From positions 133,176,001 through 133,240,000 of the forward strand of contig NC_058372.1 of assembly GCF_018350175.1 (NCBI RefSeq): a DNA stretch of 64,000 nt, given 5' to 3'. This stretch comes from Felis catus (Eukaryota). The stretch's first letter is position 1. Every line of letters begins with the position of its first letter. Position numbers and translations under genes: made by a program. Positions 1 to 11,536 of this stretch are shown here, in pieces. The notes beneath the pieces are model-generated. The model worked only from the letters and a program-made list of their open reading frames with translations. It was not told where the DNA came from and made no database searches.

Positions 1-92
1 CGACTTAATTTTTAAACCTGTGAAGACCTCATAGCATTAGGGAATTCAGATTTTGTTCATCCAGGAGTGATGTTGCTTAAAATTTATAAATA

Positions 93-300
93 GAGGCGCC
101 TGCGTGGCTCTGTCGGTCAAGCGTCCAACTCTCGATTTCAGCTCAGGTCATGATCCTGGGGGTGTGGGATCCAACCCTGGGTCAGTCTCTACGCTGAGCG
201 GGAGCCTGCTTATGTTTCTGTTTCTCTCTCTCTTCCCCTCTCCCCCGCTCTCGTGCTCTCTCTGTCTCTCTAAAAAAAAAAAATAACAATAACTACAAAA
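93..300 (+). mobile_element. CanSINE (SINEC)
   Basis: tRNA-like head gaggcgcctgcgtggctctgtcgg, (CT)n tract and A-tail. Degenerate TSD aaaatttataaa/aaaatctgtaaa. Confidence 0.92.
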
Positions 301-417
301 TAAAATCTGTAAACACTTAAATGCATGAAGAGAATGTTATGGTCTGAAAGGGTAGACCGTGGTTCCTGGTAACTTTTGCTGCTATGGTTGGTTCTCCCGT
401 GCACTTCCTGGCAGACC

Positions 418-598
418 TTTTTTTTTTTTTAAATGTTTATTTTCGAGAGAGAGTGCGAGCAGGGGAGGGGCGGAGGATCAGAAGCGGGCTGCAGGCTGAC
501 GGCAGACAGCCTGATGCGGGGCTTGAACTCACAAACCATGAGACCATGACCTGAGCCCAAGTCGTTGGCTTAAGGGACTGAGCCACCCAGGTGCTCCC
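418..598 (-). mobile_element. CanSINE
   Basis: Poly-T, tttattt, (GA)n and ...tgagccacccaggtgctccc, the reverse complement of the CanSINE head. Confidence 0.92.
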
Positions 599-639
599 TT
601 CCCCCCCCACCCCCACCCCCACAGAACCTCCGAGTTCCT

Positions 640-900
640 CCTGTGGTTAAGGTCCCTGCTTCCTTACCTGTCCCTCCCTCCACAGTCCACTGCCCTTCTT
701 CCAATTCTCAGCTTTCCAGAGACTTCCTAATGACTGAACCCAGAGGTGCCCATCTCCACGTTTCTTTCTTTGTCCTGGCTGCTTCATCTACAACTCTGCG
801 CCACTCTCTCGTTCAGACTCACCTGGCCGCCATTCTCCCTAGCTCTTTTGCGGGTCACTCTTTCCATCTTCACCAATGTCTCTACCCACGTTGACCTCAG
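640..900 (+). mobile_element. L2 fragment (resumes ~2020-2100 after the MER21 insertion)
   Basis: Pyrimidine-rich degenerate L2 motifs (gacttcctaatgactgaacccagagg; ctctacccacg...cctttaaatgctg), recalled from consensus. Confidence 0.5.
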
Positions 901-903
901 TCT

Positions 904-2018
904 AGGTGAACTGCATTTTTTTCCCTGGATTCTCACACTCACAACACTTTTGATGCTAGACGTGTGGGTGTTTCCCCATGCTGATCAAATCTGTGACTGC
1001 CCCCACCTGTTAAGGACTCAGCCCCACAAGACTGTTCCCACTTCAGACGCCCTTGGAGACAAGGGATGTCTCCAGGTTACCCTCAACTGCTGCACGACTT
1101 GGCTACCGATCAGAGACCTCGTCTTCAGGTTCCCTAATGTGCTAGAGTGGCTCACAGAACCCTGGAAAAAGGAGGGCTCACTATTGTCAGTTTATTACAA
1201 AGGATATTTCAAAAGATACAAATGAACATCCAAATGAAGAGATACTAGGGTGAGGTCTGGAAGGGCCCCAAGCACAAGGAGCTTCTGTCCTGCAGAGTTG
1301 GGGTGAGTCACCCTCCCGGCATGTGTCCCCCAACCAGGAAGCTCTCCGAACTCATAGCTCAGTGATTTTTAAGGTTTTGGACCCAGGCATGATCAATCAT
1401 TAACTCAATCCACAACCCCTCTCCCCTCCCTGGAGCATAGGGGCCGGGATGAAAGTCCCCAGCTTCTAAGCCTTCCTGGTCTTTCTGGTGACCAGTCCCA
1501 ATCCAGGAGTCATCCTGGATGATAAAATTTGCTCCTATTACCCAGAAAATTCTAAGGGCTTTGAGAGCTCTGTGTCACAATGAGGGTCAAAGACCAATAT
1601 TAGCTTATTAGCAGGAATGGGGGATAAATATACATACATACATGTATTTACAAAGAATATTATAATTTATATTTACATTTTTATTTAATTATATATTTAC
1701 TATGTTTTTATAATAATTTTATTTATTATTATTATATTTAATTAGATTGTATATTTATCATTATTATATTTAATTTATATATTATATTTATTATTATATT
1801 TATTTATATTTATTTAATTACTATTATTTAAGTTATTTATATTATTTATATTTAGTTATTATATTATTATTATATTTTATATTACTATACATTATATTTA
1901 TATATTTATTATATATTTATTATATTTATTGTTTTTATATTTAATTATTATATTTAATTATATATACATTTTATATTTAACAATTTATATTTTCTATATT
2001 TATATATATTATTTCACA
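904..2018 (-). mobile_element. MER21-family solo LTR with an internal AT-rich expansion
   Basis: Characteristic segments gtgaactgcattttttcc, ctcagccccacaagactg..cccacttcagacgcc, tgctagagtggctcacagaac, tttattacaaaggatatt. The reverse complement begins TGTGAAATAATAT, like the MER21 5' end. Confidence 0.8.
1650..2012. repeat. AT-rich low-complexity tract (degenerate TTATA/TATTT repeats)
   Basis: About 360 bp almost entirely A/T, read directly. Confidence 0.95.
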
Positions 2019-2286
2019 GCCCTTTAAATGCTGTTATTCTTTCACAGGCGTCATCCGTCTCCTCTTTCTGTCTCTACCCTTCATATTCCGTATTTGCTGA
2101 TATATTGCATCACTATACTGTGCTGTTTATGCTGTGCCATATTTTTGTTATCTTCACTGTGAATAACTAATCCCTAGTTATTCATTGGGGGTGGTAATTT
2201 GCTAACTAAAAGAAAAACCGTTTCCTATATGTTTCAAAGGGGACCTATTTGAAAATGGCCTGGGGCGCTCATTAAAAATGAATTTC

Positions 2287-2454
2287 GGGGGGTGCCTGGC
2301 TGGGTCAGTTAGTAGAGCAGGCTACTCTTGATCTCAGGTTTAAGTGCGAGCCCCACGGAAGGTGGAGAAATTACTTAAGCCTCACTGACTACAATATTGC
2401 CACTGTGGAAAGCTTGGGGGTCGAGATTACTTTCAAAAAATCTTTTTAAAAAAA
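2287..2454 (+). mobile_element. Old short-type CanSINE (no CT tract) interrupted by a U4 fragment
   Basis: ggggtgcctggctgggtcagttagtagagc...gagccccacg...gagattactt...aaaatctttttaaaaaaa. TSD aaaaatgaatttc/aaaaatgcatctc. Confidence 0.85.
2376..2414 (-). pseudogene. RNU4: U4 snRNA 5'-fragment retrocopy (39 nt, 3'-truncated)
   Basis: Reverse complement AGCTTTCCACAGTGGCAATATTGTAGTCAGTGAGGCTTA versus U4 nt 1-39 AGCTTTGCGCAGTGGCAGTATCGTAGCCAATGAGGTTTA (recalled): 32/39 identical, ungapped, starting exactly at U4 nt 1. Flanked by duplicated gaga(a)attactt/gagattactt. Confidence 0.85.
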
Positions 2455-2899
2455 TGCATCTCTGGTCTTTCTCCACTTTGCCAACCTGGGGGGTGAGGCC
2501 CAGCAACCTGTGTTTTCAAAAAGGATCCCGGTGACTCTCCTGCACACTCAAATGTGAGACTCCTGATAGGTTGAGACGTTTTCAGAAAGTAACATTTTTA
2601 GGGAGCCAGAAACTGAGGAGTTACCACTATCTCCTCTTGATTCTTCACCCCACGCTGTACCCGCTAGGTCTCTTAAGTTGAGTTCATTGTGGATTCTGTC
2701 CATCGCTGTTTTGCTCTTTCTGGGTCCATAATTTATTGTGTCTGGTACTGTGCCTCCAATGTACCATTCACGGTGTCTGCATAGTTGACAAAAGACCGGA
2801 ATAGAACAGCAAGGAAAGTTCTAAAGTTACATTGTCTTCCAGGCTACCTTGGCCATGAGAACAGGTAGCTGTTAATCTGTTTGTGAACCGAGAGCTTGG

Positions 2900-3450
2900 G
2901 AGAGAGATTGTGATTTACATTCTCACTTCTTCCCATACATCTTGAATAGTGTTGAATTTCATTACTGAATGTGGCCACATTTCTAACAGCTTCTTTATGA
3001 TAATTTAATAGAGGCGGAATTAATGCAGGAAAAGATGTAAGCATTTCTAACGTCGTTAGTAAATATTGACAACTTGGTTTTCAGAAAACTCATATCCAGA
3101 TTTCCCCTTCCGATGAGTGAAAATAGTACGGATGGTATTTATTTTTTGGTTTTTTTTTATTAACTTGTTAAGTATGGATGTGTTTATTAGCCATTTGCAT
3201 TTGTCAGTTGTCAGTTTATAAATTGACGGGTCATTTGGGGGATTTTTTATTGTTGTTTCTGTCCATTTCTCCCCCTGAAATCTTAGTGTATTTCCTATTT
3301 ATTCGAAAGAGTTCTGTATCAGTAAAAGATATCAACCCTTTGTTTTATCTCTGGCATTTTTCCCTTTATTTGTTATTAGACTTTTAATTTTATTAATGTT
3401 GCTTTAACAAGCGGAAATGCACCAAGATGACAAATTCACTCAATACAAGG
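2900..3450 (-). mobile_element. Old L1 (L1ME-like) fragment
   Basis: tgtttattagccatttgcattt, ctgtccatttctc, aagagttctgtat...aagatatcaaccctttg are typical antisense L1M ORF2/3' motifs. Confidence 0.55.
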
Positions 3451-3729
3451 CTTCATTGTGCAGATAAATGCCAAGTGTTTATTTTATCTGTAACCTTGCT
3501 GGTTTTCCTTATACACTCTCACCCATGGAGTAGGAAGGCAGAAATTAATTTTTAGGCCTTGTATATTTTTGTGTTTTTTCTGAGCGCGTCATTTAAACTG
3601 GCCACCAAAGCAATGTTTGGTTTGTTGAAATAATTGCTTAGTCTCACTTATTCCCAACCCCTTCTCCAGGTCTATTTGCAATAGGGTTGAGTGGTTATTG
3701 GTACACCCACTGGTACAGCCTCTGTGGTG

Positions 3730-3731
<2 letters not shown>

Positions 3732-3774
<43 letters not shown>

Positions 3775-3893
3775 CCCCTCTCCCTATCTCTGTCTCCCAC
3801 TCCCTTCCTTCTTCTCTCTCTGTCTCTGTTTCTGTCTCTCTCACTTTCTCCCTCACTCCCTCCCTCTCTCCCTTGTCTCTGTCTCTCTCTTTC
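3732..3893. repeat. (CT)n microsatellite and CT-rich tract
   Basis: Read directly. Confidence 0.9.
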
Positions 3894-3905
3894 CTAGACT
3901 GGGTG

Positions 3906-4382
3906 TGTTCTGAGTGAAGCAGGGAGACCTCGTGTCAACCCAGCCTTTCCCAAAGATGTCCCTAAAGGTTCTGGATCCTGTCAGGAGAAAGAATTTAAGG
4001 ACAGACGCACAACACTGCAGAAAGTTTATTAAAGCAAAAAGTACACTTCTGAGAGCAGATGAGCTCAAGAGGGAGAAAGGAGCATGCTTTCTATTTTGGG
4101 GTTCGGGTTTCTATTTTTTCTTGACAGTTGTTAACTGGGGGGGGGGGTGAAATATTCATTACTTAGGGTGAGTACTTCCTGGAAGCAGGGTTTCCACTCC
4201 TCTTCTTCCTTATTCCATCAGGAGTCTCCTGTCATGGCAGGTGCCATCTTGGGCCTGTCTGATTTGATCAGGCTTCTTGCAGAGGGCTGCCAGGACGGGC
4301 CTCTGACTTTCCTGATGACCCTGACTTCCTCTGCTGGCCTCTAGGTACCCTGTTCGAACCTGTCTAACTGCCTATTCTACCA
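3906..4382 (-). mobile_element. ERV1-type solo LTR (carnivore LTR; subfamily not identified)
   Basis: About 480 bp. The reverse complement starts TGGTAGAATAGGCAGTTAGAC and ends ...AGAACA, with AATAAA (tttatt ~4025) followed by an attctttctc U5-like segment. Confidence 0.65.
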
Positions 4383-4559
4383 GTCGCCATAGTGCCCTCT
4401 GACTGTCACATTATGCAGGGGACAAGGAATCCACTCCAAGCCTCTGCTGAGAAGCCTTCTCACACTCACCGTGGTGCCAGGACCACAGGCTCTCAATTCA
4501 GTTCTAAGAGCCTTCTGGGGACAGGTCCCAGGCACACCACATGACAATCAAGAGGTGCA

Positions 4560-4633
4560 ATATATATATATACATATATATATGTATATATGTATATATA
4601 TATATATATATATATACATATATACATATATAT
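4560..4633. repeat. Interrupted (TA)n microsatellite
   Basis: Read directly. Confidence 0.95.
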
Positions 4634-4651
4634 TTGCTATTATTTTGATCA

Positions 4652-4805
4652 TTTTTTTAATGTGAAATTTATTGTCAAATTGGTTGCCATGTAACACCCG
4701 CTGCTCATCCCGACAGATGCCCTCCTCAATGCCCATCACCCACCCTCCCCTCCCTCCCACCCCCCCATCAACCCTCAGTTTATTCTCAGTTTTTAAGAGT
4801 CTCTT
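4652..4805 (-). mobile_element. Felid L1 3' UTR fragment (5'-truncated)
   Basis: aaatttattgtcaaattggtt..cata/taacacc..tgctcatcccgaca..tgccctcctcaatgcccatcaccca is the antisense cat L1 3' end. Confidence 0.9.
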
Positions 4806-5214
4806 CTGCCTCTTACAATTTCCCTGTGTCAAACCATCCTTCTGGCCCAGAGCAGCAGGCCTCCTGGCCTCAGCCTCAGGGCACTTTCCAAGGAGGATGG
4901 GTTCGGCCACACCCAACTCTTTGATGTGTTAAATTGTGGCTAAACAGAATAGGCACTTCGCAGTGCTGATTTTTCCAAGGCCTGCCCCCTGCTCTGGGCC
5001 CTTCATCCACCCGGTGGTTCTCCTTCTGCCTCAGAAGGAGGAGGCTGCCGATGGGATCTGAGTAAGAGAAAATCAGGATGCATCGCTTTGATCTTGGCAA
5101 AATATTGTCCCGGTTACATATCTTTTATGTAGTCCTATCTTACATTGCTTTCCCTCTCAGAAAGTTCTTTCCCATGGAAATATCTGATAAATATTCATCT
5201 GTGGTTTCTTTTCG

Positions 5215-5419
5215 TTTTTTTTTTTAAGTTTAACTATTTATTTTGAGAGAGAGAAAGAGAGCGAGAGAGCAGGGAAGGGGCAGAGAGAGAGAATCCCAAA
5301 CAGCCTTCACACCGTAACGTGGACCCTGACACAGGGCTTGAACTCACGGACTGTGAGATTGTGACCTGAGCTGAAATCAAGAGTGGGAAGCTTAACCGAC
5401 TGAGCCACCCAGGCGCCCC
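5215..5419 (-). mobile_element. CanSINE
   Basis: Full antisense structure. TSD tcttttcgtttt/tcttttcatttt. Confidence 0.93.
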
Positions 5420-5594
5420 TCTTTTCATTTTTAAATATCTTCCTTTTTAAAGAAGTTTTTAGTCCATATAGGATGTAATAGAAGAAATGTTGTGAATTAA
5501 AAGTTCCAGTAGTTTTACCTTCTAACAAACAATGTCCTCACAGCCTTTACTGTATTATCTTCGTTGGTTTGCAAGTGCTGCAATTTTCTCGTAT

Positions 5595-6010
5595 ATGATT
5601 TTTCCTCTTCCTCTCTGCTCATAAATGTGGGCGTTCCATAAATCTCTATCATTTTCCCTTTTCCCTCTCAGCCCTGGCTTCCTGAATATCACACACACGC
5701 TTTCCACGTCAGCGGTCTCCAATATGTAGGCGCTAAAATACGGGTCAAAGGGCTGGGGGCTGTGTTTGAATTTACAGACTAGACTTTTTCCCTAAGATCT
5801 TGCCCCTGCCCTCTACGAAACGTCCTACCCTCAGGCTCCCAACGCCCCACCTGTTCCTGCCGTTCACCCACCCTCCTTTTTGTGTCTGCAAATGGGTCAC
5901 CAGCCCCTCCCTTCTCAGGCTTCAGACCAGACGCCAACACTTCCCAGCCATCCTGGACCCCTCCCCTCCCACTTTACAGTTGGTTTCCAAGTACTAGAGA
6001 TCTTTCTTGC
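5595..6010 (+). mobile_element. L2 fragment
   Basis: Degenerate L2 motifs (ctcataaatgtgggcgttcc; cagccatcctggacccctcc). Confidence 0.4.
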
Positions 6011-7994
6011 ATGGCGTTTGTCTCTTAAAATCCTGCGTATTCTTTGACACCGATCTGAAAGATAGCTCTGTTCTCCTTCCACGTCAAAGCAAATCTCTTC
6101 TTTATTTAAATTCTCCTAGCACTTCATGCTTTTCTGATAGGGCTTATCTCTTTTGACTTTGTATTACAGATATCTACACAGGTCAATTTCTCCTTCTATA
6201 TTTTAAGTATCTTGTGTATAGCGTTTCTATGCTATCAAGTAATGATATAATAAAGGAGTGGTACTTTCTAAACAGAGCCTACACGGAGAAGTAGGAAACC
6301 TATATGAGAAGGATTGAATAAATTCACTTTGCAGAATTAATAAAACTAGAAATAATTAAGGTAGTTTATGATCAGCCTTTTGACTGGGGCCTGCATGGTC
6401 TCCATTGTTCGCTTTGCTCCCCCTCTCCCCTTGCCTTGCGTAAACCGGAGGATAGAAACCACAGCATACGCTTTCGCCTAATGTGCATTTGCAGGACAGT
6501 GCCTTCAACGTTATAGATCCTCAGCGCGTATTTATTAAAAAAAGTGGATAGTTGAAAGCAATGGCCATCTCACAAGTAATATGAGAATTATTGATACAGG
6601 ACCATAAAATACACATTTGTAAGTGTTCCCGCCTTTCAGAAGATTCCCCCCTGCTGATTTTCAGTGAGGTGATAAGCTCACCTTCGGCCTGCCCTTCTGC
6701 AGCCCAAGGTTGCCAGCAGGCTTGTCCGCCTAGACCTTCTTCTGCCCAGATCCAACTACAGGAAGCCAAATCCCAACGGTGAATCTCATGCTACTTATCC
6801 TAGGCTCCCAAAGATTGCTTGGAAGAAATGAATAGAGCCATAAAACAACGGGGGTTGGGGGAGCTCACTGGAGACACAGATAGCAAAACAAAAAACAGCT
6901 GTCATCTACAAGGGATCGAATAATTCTATAGCATCATAGTACGTATGAAGCCAAACCTCCCTCACTATGTGACCATGAGTCATCCCGTGCTTCATGATGA
7001 CCGTTATGGGCATGTCAATTTCTCATCAACCTCGGTATTAATTGTGTGTCACCCAAGTAGGCAGAAATCTGGTCTAGGGAATGTTAGTGTGCATGCAGAC
7101 ACCCCCCTCTTTAGTGGGGGAACCAGCCCTCCACCGAACAGTCCCTCCCAACTGTGGCTGTAAATGGGCTGCTAATCAGAAAGGCCTCAGGACAAGAAAG
7201 TAAGTGGGATAAATTCCTATTTACTGAATTAATATTACTGGCTCCCTGGGTGCCCTTCTTCTTGGAAGCACTTCTGGCAGCCTGATTGGGGATTCTTATC
7301 CGGCACTGTTCCGACACTGGGGCTTTGGGGCCTATATTAATTTTAGATCCTAGTCTGTGGAGATTAGTCAATTCCATGAACTCTAATGTACTGGTGAAAT
7401 AGTTTTCAGGAGCAAAAGTGCTTGCTTATCTGATCCATACTCTTCGGTATGAATTCCACCTGAACATTCTATGTTAAGGACGAGTATGATTAATTCATTA
7501 CCCAAGATTACAGCAGTATGCTAAAAGCTACCTGGAGGCATTTCTTTTGGTGTGAAATATTAAAGATTCAACATTTATATCAGTTGCACCTAATTCATAT
7601 TCCTGAGCCTGTGGGCTGAGAAAGGAACTTGGAAATATTCAGTCATTTTCTGCATCGGTTTGTTAAAATGTTTAAGAGGATTATTGCGTTAACTACCTCT
7701 TTGATAAGAACAAGAAGAACTCTATTCAGGAAGGCTAAAATACAAAAACTAAAAGTCATAGTGTCTTTTGTTTCTTAAAAATGTTATAGATCAGCTTTCA
7801 ACAATAGCGTACCTTGGGGTACCTGAAAGCTTTTCTGACAAAGGGAATGACTAATACCGTAGGATCACTAATAAATAGGAACTAAAATACAGAATCCCAT
7901 AGGCAGTAAATGTGAGATTTTTGTCAACCATTTCCAGAGCAGAGAACAGAGGTTTGAATAATATAACTGAATTTCCAAATTACCCTGAGGTGAT

Positions 7995-8219
7995 TTTATT
8001 TTTTTTTAATGTTTATTTACTTTATTTCTGAGAGAGAGAGAGAAAGGGAGAATTTGTGTGAGTGGGGGAGGGCAGAGAGAGGAAGAGAGAGAATCCCAAG
8101 CAGGCTCTGAGAGGTCAGCAGAGAACCTGACTAGGGGCTGAATCCCATAAACATGAGATCATGACCTGAGCCAAAAGCAAGAGTCAGATGCTCAATCAAC
8201 TGAGCCACCCAGATGTCCC
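7995..8219 (-). mobile_element. CanSINE
   Basis: Antisense structure. TSD gaggtgatttta/gaggtgacttta. Confidence 0.93.
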
Positions 8220-8362
8220 TCTCGGAGGTGACTTTAGAAATGTATTTTAATGCTTAGGTCTGAGTCACAATGTGACTGAAATTCACCACCACTTCTAGTA
8301 AAATAACAATATGAATAATGGTCTCAACTAAGAATTAACTTAAAAGCTGCAAAAAGTCCTTT

Positions 8363-8779
8363 ATAGATGGATGGATAAAGAAGATGTGGTTTATATACAC
8401 AATGGAATACTATTTGGCAATGAGAACGAATGAAATCATGCCATTTGCAGCAATGTGGATGGAACTGGAAGGTATTGTGCTGAGTAAAATAAGTCAGTCA
8501 GAGAAAGACAGATACCCTATGTTTTTACTCATATGTGGATCTTGAGAAACTTGACAGAAGACCATGGCGGAAGGGAAGGCGAAAAAATAGTTACAGAGAG
8601 GGAGGGAGGCAAACCACAGAGACTCTCAAATACAGAGAACAAACTAAGGGCGGATAGGGGGTACAGGGGGAGAGAGGAAAATGGGTGATGGGCATTGAGG
8701 AGGGCACTTGTTGGGATGAGCACTGGGTATCGTATGTAAGCCAATTTGGCAATAAATTACATTCATTAAAAAAAAAAAA
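8363..8779 (+). mobile_element. 5'-truncated felid L1 (ORF2 C-terminus, 3' UTR and poly-A)
   Basis: Open frame IDGWIKKMWFIYTMEYYLAMRTNEIMPFAAMWMELEGIVLSKISQSEKDRYPMFLLICGS* is the L1 ORF2p C-terminus. AATAAA and A-tail present. TSD aaaagctgcaaaaagt (8342-8357)/aaaagctggaaaaagt (8776-8791). Confidence 0.95.
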
Positions 8780-9036
8780 GCTGGAAAAAGTGCACAGCTC
8801 CAGATTCTGTCTCTTTGCTCCCATATTTTGTAGAGAAGGCCAGGATCCCTGGGCTGACTTTTCAGCCTTCTAAACGTGACTGACACTCACTGTCGCCTTT
8901 TGGTGAATGCAGGGCATGGGGGGGATATAACTAGGCATATAGCTGGATGCTATGTTATTTCCTTTTCCTTTTAAAAATTATAAAATATACATGTAGAAGA
9001 AATATATGTATGTATTGTATATGTGGATGTGTATAT

Positions 9037-9038
<2 letters not shown>

Positions 9039-9072
<34 letters not shown>
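9039..9072. repeat. (AC)17 microsatellite
   Basis: Read directly. Confidence 0.95.
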
Positions 9073-9075
<3 letters not shown>

Positions 9076-11116
9076 CTCTCTATATATATAGAAAAATATA
9101 TGTATTTCTAGAAGCTCCAGTGAAATGATGACTTCACTCTGCTCTTTTAAATCACGGTTCCACTAAAAGTCCTTGCTGTCTAGAGATCATGTGTGAGAGT
9201 CAGTAATGAGTGAAAGTAAGAAAGCACATTCTTCCCTGGGTGTTAAAATTTCAAAGATGTATCGAATATTAACCCCTTTAGGAATAGTCCTTAGAAGCCG
9301 ATCGTTGTGAGACCACAGAAAAATTGATACATAAGAGTATGTTGAAGAAGTTCACACACAGTTAACGTTTGCCAGTTCAGAGTCTCAGGCAATTACTGAG
9401 CACCGACTGAATGTACAACAGCACGCTACGCACTCTAGAACGCGTGAATCGTTATTGAAATAATCACTACACACACACAAAAGTTTCTGTGGCCAGGTAC
9501 AGTAAAACATTTTTTCTTTAAGGCGAAATTTTTGTTTCTAAAAGAGGCACGTAGCATAAAATGATTCCCCAAGTTTTTGGCTGAAGATGGTCTTTTTTTG
9601 GAGCAGTAACAAAAAGAGACTAATGTCTTACAGACACGCTTAGGGAAATTATGCCCAAGGATATCAAGATATATCATCAGTCAAGTATTTCTAGATCCCC
9701 TAATCTGCTTTGAAATAGGACAGAAGACATCAGAAAAAGATTTTTCTGAAGTGTGAAAACCTTTTGGGCTGTCAAAAACAACACGCAGCGTGCTTGGGCC
9801 ATCACTCCTGTGTTAGAACAGGCCTCTACTGTAATTTGGCGCCTTTGGCAGCATCTTGGGTAGAAGGAGCCCTGGCCTGCTAGCCTGAGGTCAAGGTGAC
9901 GTTGCACAAAACAGTCAACCTTTTGGGGCCCCAGTTTTGTCATGCCTAAAATAAAGGGTGGGTTCAGGCGCCCACTTAAATGTCTCAGACACACTGGCCT
10001 TGATCTTCAAGTACAGGAATGTAAACTGAAAGAAATCATGCAGCAGACCTATGACATTTAGTGGTTTTTTTTTTAATTTTTGTTTTTGTTTTTGTTTTGT
10101 TTTATTGTCCTGCTCATTGTCTAATCAAATGTAAGCCCCTTTCCCAAACCTCAGGGAAATCAGCACCGGGTGGAATTTTTTGTAAGCCACTGGACAGTTT
10201 TGCTGGTCATTCCTGGAAGGTGTGAGATGATTTGGAACCAAGTTGGAACACAGCTTAGTGAGGTGTGGCGCACTTGTTTACCAGATTGTTCTTCACTGTA
10301 CATAAATAATTGGTTAAGTCTTATCAGACCCTGAGGGTACTTTGTCAAAATAATGTGTGTCTTTCTATTTCCATGTTAACTCCCATTACATATTATTAAT
10401 AGATTATTAACTTAATATAAATAGCTTAGGGAAAACCATTTAGTTAGATTTGTTTGTTTTCAAACATTTTAATGGGGCAAGAAAAAGTGATCTCAAACTA
10501 CTGAGCAATTATACACAGTCCACGAAGTCTGACAATAAAAAAGATCTAGCTTCTCCAAGAAGCTGACCAAAGAGGGGATTGCTCAATTAATTACAAATTA
10601 CGGACTCCAAGAAAAAGTATCCTAAATCTAAGATACCAGCATGTCCCACGGAGAATATATTTACAAAATATGAAAGTGGAGATGGGAAACATATGCATTT
10701 GACTGCCTCCTTAATTAGGACAAAGGAAATAAAAAAACACCATGTTTCCTCTGTTCTGAGTTATTAGTCCATGTCTAGATATCCTGACCTTTTGGAAATC
10801 CTAATCCGACCTTGGTTGAGAGAAAAGTGGAGAGCACAATTTTGCTTTTAACTGAAATCATTAATTATTATTTTTCTTTCTTGAGACTGTGATCTGGGCA
10901 TCACGTGCTTTGGGGACAAGAAGACACCAGATCAATTAGTAATAAAGGTCTGCTTTTATGCTGGAGTCAGGACGTTGGGGAATAAGGAGGAGATCAGGAT
11001 GCATTTTCACAGTTGAACACAGACAAATGAGACAGATTGCTCTGGGATGGCTTAAAGCTCTGCAAACACTGATGTTAGAAAAAGAGAGAGGAGGGGGGGG
11101 GGAGGAATAGAAGAGA

Positions 11117-11293
11117 NNNNNNNNNNNNNNNNNNNNNNNNNNNNNNNNNNNNNNNNNNNNNNNNNNNNNNNNNNNNNNNNNNNNNNNNNNNNNNNNNNNN
11201 NNNNNNNNNNNNNNNNNNNNNNNNNNNNNNNNNNNNNNNNNNNNNNNNNNNNNNNNNNNNNNNNNNNNNNNNNNNNNNNNNNNNNNNNNNNNN
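11117..11293. other. Assembly gap (N-run)
   Basis: N characters. Confidence 1.
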
Positions 11294-11536
11294 ATTTACA
11301 AATGCAAGTGCATTCTGTTTTGCTTGTGAGCACAAAACACCTAGTACTAATACTATTTGCTTCTTTGAATAAAGATCACTAGACCATATTATTAAGAAGC
11401 AAATAGTAGAGAAACTGTATGAATTAGTGACCTGAGATGCATTAAGAAAATATGTTGTGTTTACAGAGCTTTCAGCATGAGATCTTTCAATATTTCAACA
11501 AGGTTGGCCATAGACTGTGAAAAGAGAAATAAACGC

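Larger units (their letters stand above)
2245..2562. mobile_element. MER5A-like hAT DNA transposon fossil, split by a CanSINE
   Basis: cctggggcgctcattaaaaatg [SINE] ...ggggtgaggcccagcaacctgtgtttt...ggtgactctcctgcacactcaaatgtgaga matches MER5A as recalled. Confidence 0.7.

Noticed and set aside
746-1225. 159-aa ORF
   Set aside because: It spans an L2/MER21 junction and has no domain similarity; a chance ORF.
4391-4408. CTCF-like half motif (CAGAGGGCACT on minus)
   Set aside because: The 5' CCAS part of the core is missing.
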